A program made the translations under genes and the position numbers. The notes under the pieces are model-generated. The model ran no database searches, was not told where the DNA came from, and was given only the letters and a program-made list of their open reading frames with translations. From contig JARLJW010000111.1 of the NCBI GenBank assembly GCA_031290985.1, positions 180,228 to 244,227 of the forward strand: a stretch of 64,000 bases of DNA, read 5' to 3'. This DNA comes from Verrucomicrobiia bacterium. Its GTDB lineage: Bacteria; Verrucomicrobiota; Verrucomicrobiia; Limisphaerales; UBA11358. This document shows, in pieces, positions 56,193-64,000 of this stretch; position 1 is the first letter of the stretch; each line of letters starts with the position of its first letter.

Positions 56193-58148
56193 ATGGACAC
56201 GGTAGAAATGGGGCAGCCAATGCCTGATGCCAGCAAATGCCCGCAATGCGGCACCCCCCTGCCCGCCGGGGCGCTGGCCGGGCTGTGTCCGGCCTGCCTG
56301 CTCAAGCTCGGCGCGGCGGCGGACACGGTGACGGAGGCCAAACAGCCCGCGTTCAACCCGCCGGCCATCGCGGAGCTGGCACCGTTGTTTCCGCAACTGG
56401 AAATCCTCGAACTCATCGGCAAAGGCGGCATGGGCGCGGTGTACAAGGCGAGACAGAAGCAACTGGACCGCTTGGTGGCGCTGAAAATTCTTCCGCCCGG
56501 CATCGGGAAAGATCCGGCATTTGCCGGGCGCTTCGCCCGCGAGGCCAAGGCGCTGGCGAAGTTGAATCATCCAGGGATCGTGACGCTGTATGAATTCGGC
56601 GTGGCGTCAGGCAGCCTGCCGGACCATGACAAAACGGAGCGGGTGGTGGAGAGTCCGGGAGCCTTTGCTACTTTGGGCGCAAGTCCGGGCGGCGGGACGC
56701 CGCCCTCTACGGCAGGCAAGATGCCTGCCGCTACATCGTTATACTTCTTCCTGATGGAGTTCGTGGACGGCGTGAACCTGCGGCAATTGCTGGCGGGCGG
56801 CCGCGTGTCCGCACGGGAAGCGCTGGCGATCGTGCCGCAGATCTGCGATGCGCTGCAATACGCGCACGACCAGGGCATCGTCCACCGGGACATCAAGCCG
56901 GAGAACATTTTGCTGGACCGGCGCGGGCGGGTGAAGGTGGCGGATTTTGGGCTGGCGAAAATCGTGAATGAAGGCAGTTCTTCGTTTGGAATTCCGCCTT
57001 CAGGCGGTTCGGACCGGCTAAAGCCGGAACTCCAAACCTCGGATCTGACCGATGCGGGCAAGTTGATGGGGACGCCGCAATATATGTCGCCGGAACAGAT
57101 CGCCGCGCCGGGCGAAGTGGATCATCGGGCGGACATCTATGCGCTGGGCGTGGTGTTTTACCAGATGTTAACGGGCGAACTGCCGGGTAAAAAAATCGAG
57201 GCACCGTCGAAGAAGGTGCATATCGACGTGCGGCTGGACGAAGTGGTTTTGCGGGCGCTGGAGAAGAAGCCGGAGCTGCGTTACCAACAGGCCAGCATCC
57301 TGAAGACGCAGGTGGAAACGATTGCCGAGACGCCGGCGGACGGTCAGGGCCAACCCCAGCCGGCGGTCACGGAATTTAACCCATGGCAGCCAGTCATCGC
57401 GCTTCTGGGAATGGTGGGGGGCATCGTTCTGTTCATCCTCGGGTTCATCATGCCGTTTCCAGCGAACCTGATCGACTTCGTCATTGCACCCATGGCATTC
57501 ATCGTGGCCGGTCTCAAGCTGGCGGGATTTTGGCCGTTTGGGTCGCCGTTGTTTCCAAAATCGAATTTCACCGGGAGAAATTTAACCCGCCACCCATCCG
57601 GCCCAAGGCAGCCAGGCGTCTCGCCCATGGCCCTGGCCGGAGCGGTGTGCGTAGTGGTGGCGCTGGTGGCGTTGATGGTGGGATATGCGATCCGCGAAAA
57701 GACCAAGGACACCGCGCCGAAAATCTCACACCTGATGACGGAGCCGGCCGGCGACCTGACGGACAAACTGCGAACGCCGCCGGACGACCGCGTTTCAGCA
57801 GCGGGCAATTTAACCCTCGCCGAGCAGCCGCCGGTGGTGGTGGAGACGTCGCCGGTTTCGGGCGCACGGGAGGTGGAGCCGAGCGAAGTGGAGATCCGGG
57901 TGCGGTTCAGCCAGCCGATGGAGGATGGGTCGTGGAGCTGGTCCGATGCCTGGGAAAATTCCACTCCGGAACCGGTCGATTCGCCCCGTTACCTGGAGGA
58001 CCATCGCACTTGTGTGCTGAAAGTCAGGCTGGAGCCGGGCAAATTCTACGGCTGGTGGTTGAACAGTGAAGATTTCAAGAACTTCCGGAACCGCGCCGGA
58101 CAGCCGGCGGTCCCTTATCTGCTGACTTTCCAGACCAAGGCAAATTGA
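56193..58148 (+). CDS. Transmembrane Hanks-type Ser/Thr protein kinase with an extracytoplasmic Ig-like (SbsA/Big_5-like) domain
   Basis: Track start GTG 56187 (ATG 56193). N-terminal 'CPQCG..CPACLL', 'GKGGMGAVYKA', 'VALKIL', 'HRDIKPENILL', 'DFGLAK', 'GTPQYMSPEQ'. About 3 TM helices. C-terminal domain 'PPVVVETSPVSG..SWSW..PAVPYLLTFQT'. Confidence 0.9.
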   Translation: MDTVEMGQPMPDASKCPQCGTPLPAGALAGLCPACLLKLGAAADTVTEAKQPAFNPPAIAELAPLFPQLEILELIGKGGMGAVYKARQKQLDRLVALKILPPGIGKDPAFAGRFAREAKALAKLNHPGIVTLYEFGVASGSLPDHDKTERVVESPGAFATLGASPGGGTPPSTAGKMPAATSLYFFLMEFVDGVNLRQLLAGGRVSAREALAIVPQICDALQYAHDQGIVHRDIKPENILLDRRGRVKVADFGLAKIVNEGSSSFGIPPSGGSDRLKPELQTSDLTDAGKLMGTPQYMSPEQIAAPGEVDHRADIYALGVVFYQMLTGELPGKKIEAPSKKVHIDVRLDEVVLRALEKKPELRYQQASILKTQVETIAETPADGQGQPQPAVTEFNPWQPVIALLGMVGGIVLFILGFIMPFPANLIDFVIAPMAFIVAGLKLAGFWPFGSPLFPKSNFTGRNLTRHPSGPRQPGVSPMALAGAVCVVVALVALMVGYAIREKTKDTAPKISHLMTEPAGDLTDKLRTPPDDRVSAAGNLTLAEQPPVVVETSPVSGAREVEPSEVEIRVRFSQPMEDGSWSWSDAWENSTPEPVDSPRYLEDHRTCVLKVRLEPGKFYGWWLNSEDFKNFRNRAGQPAVPYLLTFQTKAN

Positions 58149-58161
58149 AAGGAAACCCCAG

Positions 58162-59940
58162 ATGAAAATGAAACTCGTAATCCCCTGTTCCCTCGCAGCG
58201 ACCGCGCTGTCGCTGTTGGCCATGTCCGCATCGGCGGTTGATCTGCTGTCGCGCTATCCCACCCAACTGACCGCGGGTGACAGCCAGCCAGATCACGCCC
58301 GGGCATGGGATTTCAAGCAAGACGATATTTTTCGCATCGCCCGATTTGAGTTGAAGATCGGCGATAAATTGAAGATAGAAACGCAAGCCGCCGATCTGGG
58401 GATCGGCCACGGCGCCGATGGCGTCGTATGGGCCGTGTTGCTGCCACGCGGCGAAGCCACCCTGACGAGCCCAGAGGCCGACAAGGGTGAACCCATCGTC
58501 AACGTCTGGCTGCGGTTTCATCCGGCGCAGCTCAACCAGCTCTTTCCACCGGAGACCGTCTTCGCCGACGGTGACACGCAGCTCCTCGAGCAGATTCGCA
58601 AAGTCGTCAACGCCAAATTTCGTTCCAGCTGGCATGCGGGCATGAATGCCATGATTCCCGAACCCAAAGACCTGACCGTGTATGTGGATACCAAGGCCGG
58701 CGCGCATCGCTTTTACATGGTGGATACCGACGCCAAGACGGCTGAGTATGTCGCCGCCTTCAATCAAACGTCACCGGCGCGGCCCGCCATAACCCCGACC
58801 TCCGTCCCGCCCGTGGTCATCAAAACCGTGCCGGAGGCCGGGAGCATGAACGTGGCGCCCGGCGAAGGTGAAATCAAGGTCACCTTCAGCAAGGAAATGA
58901 GCGACCAGTCCTGGAGCTGGTGTTCCGTCTGGGATGATTCGACGCCGGAAGGAATTGGCGCACCCCGATACGATGCCGGCCATACCACCTGTGCGATGAA
59001 GGTTGAACTGGAGCCCGGAACCACTTATGGCTATTGGTTGAATACGGAGAAGTTCCGGAATTTTCGAGATGCCGGGGGCAACCCGGCCGTACCCTATTTG
59101 CTGGTTTTTACCACCACGGGCCAGGCGCCGACCTATCTCCAACAACAACTCAAGCGGGCCCAGGCCGGCAGTTACTGGGCCAAGTTCAACGTGTGGGAGG
59201 GATATGCCCAGGGCAAGCATGACATGGCGACAAATTCCGCCGAGGCCGGCCATTGGCTCGGCGAATTGGTCAAGGGCGCCTATCTGGCGACCTTCGAACC
59301 CGTCGACGGCTTCAATCCGCGAACACCGGAAGAAATGCTGAACGAGTTTGATTCCCACGCCGGACTGCATTCAGGCAAGGACAACCTGGGCGGTGCCAGT
59401 TTTTTCCGGACGACGAAGCAGGGCGACAAGCTCATCGGCTCCTTTCTCACCTCCACGCCCGACGAGTTCCGGGCCGCCCTAAAGCGGGCCCCCAACTTCA
59501 AGCTGATTTCAATCGAGAAACTGACGCCAGAAATGTTTTTGAAACACGAGGCATCGCCGCAGGAATCCCTGCCGGTTTTTCAAACCAAGACTGAAACAAA
59601 TGGGGCGGCCATTTCGGCCGCGCAGGCCTGGCTGGCGCTCTTGGATGCCGGTCATTGGTCCGAAAGCTGGAACGAGGCCGCGGCATATTTTCGCGGGGCG
59701 GTGACCGAAGCGGCCTGGGAAAATTCCATGACCACGTTCCGCCAACCGCTCGGCGATTTGGTGGCGCGCCATTTGAAGTCGGCACAGTCCCAGACGGAAA
59801 TGCCCGGCGCACCGGACGGCCAGTATGTCGTCATGCAATTCGAGACCGCGTTCGCCAACAAGAAATCCGCGATTGAAACCGTCACCTTCATGCTGGGAAC
59901 AGAGGGAACGTGGAGGTCCGCCGGCTATTTTATCAAGTAA
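58162..59940 (+). CDS. Secreted multidomain protein: unknown N-domain, Ig-like (SWSW) domain, unknown middle region, DUF4019-like C-terminal domain
   Basis: 592 aa with a signal peptide. Nt 58807-59121 encode 'PPVVIKTVPEAG..SWSW..PAVPYLLVFTT'. Nt ~59605-59937 encode 'AAQAWLALLDAGHWSESW..YVVMQFETAFANKKSAIETVTF..WRSAGYFIK'. Confidence 0.75.
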   Translation: MKMKLVIPCSLAATALSLLAMSASAVDLLSRYPTQLTAGDSQPDHARAWDFKQDDIFRIARFELKIGDKLKIETQAADLGIGHGADGVVWAVLLPRGEATLTSPEADKGEPIVNVWLRFHPAQLNQLFPPETVFADGDTQLLEQIRKVVNAKFRSSWHAGMNAMIPEPKDLTVYVDTKAGAHRFYMVDTDAKTAEYVAAFNQTSPARPAITPTSVPPVVIKTVPEAGSMNVAPGEGEIKVTFSKEMSDQSWSWCSVWDDSTPEGIGAPRYDAGHTTCAMKVELEPGTTYGYWLNTEKFRNFRDAGGNPAVPYLLVFTTTGQAPTYLQQQLKRAQAGSYWAKFNVWEGYAQGKHDMATNSAEAGHWLGELVKGAYLATFEPVDGFNPRTPEEMLNEFDSHAGLHSGKDNLGGASFFRTTKQGDKLIGSFLTSTPDEFRAALKRAPNFKLISIEKLTPEMFLKHEASPQESLPVFQTKTETNGAAISAAQAWLALLDAGHWSESWNEAAAYFRGAVTEAAWENSMTTFRQPLGDLVARHLKSAQSQTEMPGAPDGQYVVMQFETAFANKKSAIETVTFMLGTEGTWRSAGYFIK

Positions 59941-59966
59941 CCCAATTAACAAGGCCATCAAAAAAC

Positions 59967-60410
59967 ATGAAAACCAAAGCGCTTAAATCGTCATTCATCA
60001 AATGTCTATGTGCGGCCTTGCTGGCCATGGTGGTTCCCGCTTACGCCGGGGAAAACAAGGCCGACGCGGAAAAGGCGGCCACGACGGCGGCACAAACCTG
60101 GCTGGAGACGATTGATGGCGGCAATTATTCCAAGAGCTGGGATGGCGCGGCGGAACTCTTTCAAAAAGCCGTCACAAAAAGTGGCTGGGAGGCGGCGCTG
60201 ACGGGCGTCCGCAAGCCTTTGGGTGATCTGGTCGCGCGCAAGCTGAAATCCGCCCAGGCAGTCAAATCACTTCCCGGGGTGCCCGAGGGCGATTATGTCG
60301 TGATGCAATTCGAAACTTCGTTCGCCAACAAAAAATCCGCGATTGAAACCGTGACGTTCAGTCTGGAAAAGGATGGCCGGTGGAAATCCGCCGGCTACTT
60401 CATCAAATAA
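59967..60410 (+). CDS. Secreted DUF4019-like protein
   Basis: Track ORF from 59910, trimmed to ATG 59967 (signal peptide 'MKTKALKSSFIKCLCAALLAMVVPAYA'). 'AAQTWLETIDGGNYSKSW..YVVMQFETSFANKKSAIETVTF..WKSAGYFIK'. Confidence 0.75.
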   Translation: MKTKALKSSFIKCLCAALLAMVVPAYAGENKADAEKAATTAAQTWLETIDGGNYSKSWDGAAELFQKAVTKSGWEAALTGVRKPLGDLVARKLKSAQAVKSLPGVPEGDYVVMQFETSFANKKSAIETVTFSLEKDGRWKSAGYFIK

Positions 60411-60424
60411 AGGCGCCCACGATC

Positions 60425-60736
60425 ATGAGCGAAATCCTGCTATATGCATCAAAACGCAACGCCAAAAGTCTTTGGCAGCAATATCGCATTTACCCGGACC
60501 GGCTCGAACTGCAGTCCTGGCTGCTTTTGCACACCCTCGTAGTGCGAGCGGACGAAATCATGGCGGTGGAAGTTCGCGGGGCCGGTCTTATCTGGGGGAT
60601 CAAACTGGACCATTGCAATTTATGCCGCCATGTATTGCTGACCAAAGCCGCCGGCTGCTGCAAGCGCATCGGTTTTTCGCCGGACGACCCGGACAAGTTC
60701 GCCGCCATCTGCAAGACCATCCTGTTGCCCCAGTGA
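60425..60736 (+). CDS. Small hypothetical cytoplasmic protein (possibly bacterial PH-like fold)
   Basis: Track ORF from 60380, trimmed to ATG 60425. 103 aa, 'YRIYPDRLELQSWLLLHTLVVRADEIMAVEV'. Family assignment is weak. Confidence 0.5.
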   Translation: MSEILLYASKRNAKSLWQQYRIYPDRLELQSWLLLHTLVVRADEIMAVEVRGAGLIWGIKLDHCNLCRHVLLTKAAGCCKRIGFSPDDPDKFAAICKTILLPQ

Positions 60737-60774
60737 TTTTACGGACAAAACCAAAACCATAGAAAGGCTCAGAA

Positions 60775-61176
60775 ATGAAAACCAAATTGTTCAGCATCAT
60801 CATCGCCGCCGCCTTGTGCGGACTGGCGTCATTCAGCCGGGCGCAGGACATCGATGCCTTTGCGCCGGTCGTCGTCAAAACCCAGCCGGAGGCGGGCAGC
60901 AAGGAGGTGCCGGCCGGCGAGTATGAAGTCAAAATCACGTTCAGCAAGGAAATGACCGACCAGTCGTGGAGCTGGAGCACGGCCTGGGAAAATTCCGACC
61001 CGCAGTCGCTGGGCAAGCCGCATTTCGAGGCGGACCACAAAACCTGCGTGATGAAGGTGAAGCTGGAAGCGGGCAAAACGTACGGCTGGTGGATCAACAG
61101 CCCGAAGTATCACGGCTTTCAGGACACGCAGCATCATCCGGCCATCCCATACCTGCTGACGTTCCGCGCCAAATAG
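60775..61176 (+). CDS. Secreted stand-alone Ig-like (SWSW) domain protein
   Basis: 133 aa. Signal peptide, then 'APVVVKTQPEAG..SWSW..PAIPYLLTFRAK'. Homologous to the kinase ectodomain and to the middle domain of the 592-aa protein. Confidence 0.7.
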   Translation: MKTKLFSIIIAAALCGLASFSRAQDIDAFAPVVVKTQPEAGSKEVPAGEYEVKITFSKEMTDQSWSWSTAWENSDPQSLGKPHFEADHKTCVMKVKLEAGKTYGWWINSPKYHGFQDTQHHPAIPYLLTFRAK

Positions 61177-61247
61177 GCGGGCGGGGTTTTAGAATGCAGA
61201 GCGTGGCCGGAAATTGGGAAGCCTCTGGCGACGTGAACGCCGGGTCC

Positions 61248-61296
61248 GGGCGGCAGGGATGCCGCCCGCTACGGCAGGCCGGTTGCCGGCCACTAC
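61248..61296. repeat. Tandem pair of GC-rich palindromic (REP-like) units bounded by CTAC
   Basis: GGGCGGCA-ggga-TGCCGCCC gctac GGCAGGCCGG-ttg-CCGGCC actac, about 50 nt upstream of the sigma-factor start. Confidence 0.6.
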
Positions 61297-61346
61297 ATTT
61301 TTATCCGTGTGCATCGGTGGGCATCCACGGTTAGAATGAATTTGCT

Positions 61347-62099
61347 TTGACCACCAAAGATTCCAGCGGGTGCAGCAGCAGCGCGCCGGGCGATATTTTC
61401 GCGACGACGCACTGGACGGTCGTGCTCACGGCGGGGCAGCGGCATACGCCGCAGGCGGATTCCGCGCTGGAGCAATTGTGCCGGACGTACTGGTTTCCGC
61501 TCTACGCGTATGTGCGGCGGCGCGGGGAGGCCAAGGCGGACGCGGAGGACCTGACGCAGGCGTTCTTTGCGCGGCTGCTGGAGAAAAATTTTCTCGCGGG
61601 GCTGGATGCGGAACGGGGGAAGTTCCGGGCCTTCCTGCTGGCGGCGTTGAAACATTTCCTGGCGAATGAATGGGACAAGGCGCGGGCGCAGAAGCGCGGC
61701 GGAGGCGAGGTGCCGCTTTCGCTGGACTGGCAGACGGCGGACTCGAAATTCCAGGTGGCGGCGACGAACGAGCCAAGCCCGGACCGGGCGTTCGACCGCG
61801 AGTGGGCGCTGGCGCTGCTGGCGCGGGTGATCGAGCGGCTGCAGGCGGAGGCGGAGACGGAGGGCAAGGGCAAGGTGTTCGCGCAGTTGAAGAGTTTCCT
61901 GATGGCCGGCCAGGGGGAATCGGCGCAGGCGGGGGTGGCGAAGGCGCTGGGCATGGAGGAAGGCGCGGTGCGGGTGGCGATCCACCGGCTGCGGAAGCGT
62001 TACCGGCAGTTGCTGCGGGATGAGATCGCGAACACATTGTCGGACCCGGCGATGGTGGATGAGGAGATGCGGGCGTTGTTCGGGGCGTTTGGGGGGTGA
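61347..62099 (+). CDS. ECF-type sigma-70 family factor (probably the Ser/Thr-kinase-associated type)
   Basis: 250 aa with a TTG start. Sigma-2 region 'AEDLTQAFFARLLE', 'FRAFLLAALKHFLANEWDKARAQKRGGG'. Sigma-4 HTH 'VAKALGMEEGAVRVAIHRLRKRYRQ'. No adjacent anti-sigma-like gene. Confidence 0.8.
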   Translation: MTTKDSSGCSSSAPGDIFATTHWTVVLTAGQRHTPQADSALEQLCRTYWFPLYAYVRRRGEAKADAEDLTQAFFARLLEKNFLAGLDAERGKFRAFLLAALKHFLANEWDKARAQKRGGGEVPLSLDWQTADSKFQVAATNEPSPDRAFDREWALALLARVIERLQAEAETEGKGKVFAQLKSFLMAGQGESAQAGVAKALGMEEGAVRVAIHRLRKRYRQLLRDEIANTLSDPAMVDEEMRALFGAFGG

Positions 62100-62334
62100 A
62101 TGGGGTTGCGCGCGAAGGGGGGAGGGCGGACGTTGCCGGTGGGCGCGGATGTGGTGGTTGCAGGTCGCGCGCTGCGGCTGGTCTGCGACACAGCCGCGGT
62201 CCGGTGGGGCGAGAATCTTGTTGGAATGAACAAACCGGCCAGAATTCAATCTAATATGGCATGCGGTTCTGGCTGATTTGACATTCGCCGCAACCAGCGT
62301 GAAATTTGGGTGTTGAATAAACTATAAGGTTTTT

Positions 62335-63018
62335 ATGAAAAATTTACGTTTTAACCGGTCATTGGGATTGATCACGGCGGTTGGATTGGCGGTTTCCGCC
62401 TTGCCGGTGATGGCGCAGGATGCCACCACTGCGCCACCAACCGCCCCTGCCCCGGCACCTGCCGTGAGCCAGCCGGCTCCGGTGGCGTTGAGCGCGGGGG
62501 TGTCGCAAGTCCTCCAACTCGCACAGGCCAAGGTCAGCGACAGCACGATCCTGGCTTTCGTTCAGAATTCCGGCACCGGTTACACATTGACGGCGGATCA
62601 GATCATCTACCTGAAGCAACGGGGAGTTTCTGACGCCATCCTCAACGCGATGCTGACCAAGTACCAAAATGGCGCGCCCGGCACGGTGGCGGCACCGGCA
62701 CCGGCACCGGCGGTGGCATCGGCAACTCCAACGACGACGGTCTTGGCTGACAGCGAACCGGCGCCAGCGACAACGGTCTATGTCCCCAGCACGACTTACT
62801 ATTACTACACTCCGGCATACTATGGCGGCTATTACTATCCGTACTCGTATTATGGATGGGGTTATCCGGGGGTGTCGCTTTCCTTTGGGTATCATGGTTA
62901 TTGGGGTGGCGGTTGGCATGGGGGCGGAGGCTGGCATGGCGGTGGCGGGGGCTGGCATGGCGGCGGTGGCGGGGGCGGTTGGCATGGTGGCGGTGGTGGG
63001 CATGGCGGGCATCGTTGA
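62335..63018 (+). CDS. Secreted protein with a Tyr/Gly-rich and (G)nWH-repeat C-terminal tail
   Basis: 227 aa with a signal peptide. 'SDSTILAFVQNSGTGYTLTADQIIYLKQRGVSDAILNAML'. Tail 'YYYYTPAYYGGYYYPYSYYGWGYPG..GGGWHGGGGWHGGGGGWHGGGGGGGWHGGGGGHGGHR'. Confidence 0.7.
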   Translation: MKNLRFNRSLGLITAVGLAVSALPVMAQDATTAPPTAPAPAPAVSQPAPVALSAGVSQVLQLAQAKVSDSTILAFVQNSGTGYTLTADQIIYLKQRGVSDAILNAMLTKYQNGAPGTVAAPAPAPAVASATPTTTVLADSEPAPATTVYVPSTTYYYYTPAYYGGYYYPYSYYGWGYPGVSLSFGYHGYWGGGWHGGGGWHGGGGGWHGGGGGGGWHGGGGGHGGHR

Positions 63019-63022
63019 AGGG

Positions 63023-63140
63023 GCGTATCACTTCTGCGCGCTGTCGCGGTGAATCAGTGCGCGTGGGTTGGCAATCGCGGCGGGCAGAGGACTGCCCGCC
63101 CTGCCTGCTGCTGTGCCAATATTAAGTTTAACTGGCATAT
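63023..63140. repeat. Structured repeat element, copy 2 (core 63066..63140)
   Basis: See 11727..11842. It starts 5 nt after the stop codon of the preceding gene. Confidence 0.85.
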
Positions 63141-63227
63141 TTAGCCGCAACATGCCGGGGCGGTGCCCGGCGCTCCGGGAAAAATTCCTTACGCTTTTCG
63201 GCGGGGACGGGCTATTTTGTGGCGCAA

Positions 63228-64000
63228 ATGAGCCGGTCGTCCATCTGTGCAGCGCTGAAGATACTCTTGCTTGGCGGGTTTCTGGTGTTGTCGGCGCGAA
63301 CGGCGGGCGCGGCGGGCGTCACGATCATCACGCACGGTTACAACAGCAGCGCGAACGGCTGGGTGACGGGGATGGCCGATGCCATCCCGAAATATCCTTC
63401 GTTTCCGGGCACGAACTTCACGATGTACAAGATCACGCTGACGTATTCCAGCGGTTATACGTTCACCGTGACCCGCACGAATGGCGCGGCGCCGGGGGCA
63501 ACGGACTCGGGCGAGATCATCGTGAAGTTCGACTGGAGCCAGATGGCGGGCGGCGGTTCGACCTACAATTTCAGCACCTACGATGTGGCGAACGCCTTGG
63601 CGAAGGTGCTGCTGCTGACAAATGCAATCGCGGAATTGAACGGTCATTCGCTGGTGGAATTTCCCATCCACCTCATCGGGCACAGCCGCGGCGGGTCGTT
63701 GATGAACGAGCTTTCGCGCCAGTTGGGAACGAACGGCATCTGGATCGATCACCTGACGACGCTGGACCCGCATCCGTTGAACAATGACGGGTTTGATTAT
63801 CCGGGCTTTGGTTTTCCCACGGATGCCCCGGCAAGCAGCACGTATGTAAACGTATTGTTCCGCGACAATGACTGGCAAAACATGGGCACGCTGTTTGACT
63901 TCGACGGCGAGCCGGCGGCAGGCGCGTATAACCGGCAGTTGACCAGCTTGTCGGGCGGTTACGGCGTGGACCATTCCAATGTGCATCTGTGGTATCACGG
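63228..64000 (+). CDS. Secreted alpha/beta-hydrolase (lipase/esterase-like), 3' end outside the window
   Basis: Not in the ORF track because it has no stop in the window. My manual translation from ATG 63228 is open to nt 64000: '[45 protein letters not shown]...[18 protein letters not shown]...LDPHP'. It has a signal peptide and the GxSxG elbow 'GHSRG'. Confidence 0.7.
   Translation, partial: MSRSSICAALKILLLGGFLVLSARTAGAAGVTIITHGYNSSANGWVTGMADAIPKYPSFPGTNFTMYKITLTYSSGYTFTVTRTNGAAPGATDSGEIIVKFDWSQMAGGGSTYNFSTYDVANALAKVLLLTNAIAELNGHSLVEFPIHLIGHSRGGSLMNELSRQLGTNGIWIDHLTTLDPHPLNNDGFDYPGFGFPTDAPASSTYVNVLFRDNDWQNMGTLFDFDGEPAAGAYNRQLTSLSGGYGVDHSNVHLWYH

Noticed and set aside
56156-56227. 23-codon upstream ORF (TTG start, GGAGGA 9 nt upstream) overlapping the kinase start; also recurrence of the motif ATGGAGGAT at 30686, 51904, 56139 and inverted at 52343
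   Set aside because: The uORF depends on a TTG start and there is no conservation evidence. The 9-mer recurrence was noticed post hoc, and I cannot compute its significance under the real base composition.
62166-62205. Motif ctgcggctggtctgcgacacagccgcggtccg, which I recall as a common PVC repeat
   Set aside because: Only one copy is in this window, so repeat status cannot be supported from the sequence provided.
63068-63998. Track ORFs 63068..63787 (+) and 63189..63998 (-)
   Set aside because: Both have non-protein-like translations. A third frame from ATG 63228 gives a signal peptide and a GxSxG alpha/beta-hydrolase and stays open to the window end, so that frame is annotated instead.

Overview
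High-GC chromosomal segment. Its gene content suggests a PVC-superphylum bacterium, most likely Verrucomicrobiota. That is an inference from the paired GH92 mannosidases, a sulfatase, a Y_Y_Y-type sensor kinase, a Ser/Thr-kinase plus ECF-sigma locus and abundant GC-rich palindromic repeats; no marker gene is present to confirm it. I support about 48 protein-coding genes. In order they are: a mannoside-utilisation block (GH3, 2x GH92, D-lyxose/mannose isomerase, aldolase-like protein, PfkB kinase, clan GH-A hydrolase); a chloroperoxidase-type hydrolase; an MdtNOP/AaeAB-like efflux operon; a sulfatase; a 1347-aa sensor histidine kinase; a metallophosphoesterase; three oxidoreductases with a TetR regulator; a cheW-MCP pair; a PuuD-like amidotransferase with an orphan NtrC-type regulator; a 1072-aa secreted multi-beta-sandwich protein; pepF, htpG, a membrane C39-like peptidase and copA; a HEAT-repeat protein with two tail-anchored coiled-coil proteins; ogt; a cell-envelope block (amidase, epimerase, interrupted GT2); ubiX and ubiA split by a four-helix-bundle gene; two tandem LTxxQ-repeat paralogues; and a Ser/Thr kinase / Ig-like / DUF4019 / ECF-sigma locus. 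By eye I found no rRNA, tRNA, CRISPR array, transposase, integrase, restriction-modification or toxin-antitoxin genes. None of the findings is a proven new system. The strongest candidates are: (i) the kinase-to-ECF-sigma locus built from reused periplasmic modules; (ii) an AT-richer four-helix-bundle (IVS-protein/Avd-family) cassette flanked by inverted heptamer arrays between ubiX and ubiA, together with a 13-copy heptamer microsatellite sharing the CATCC core; (iii) a seven-blade Trp-rich propeller fused to a sensor kinase; (iv) palindromic repeat units inserted in frame into the kinase catalytic domain; (v) a 75-nt structured element present twice at 72/75 identity. All functional calls come from motif recognition in the supplied translations. 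No database search was run.
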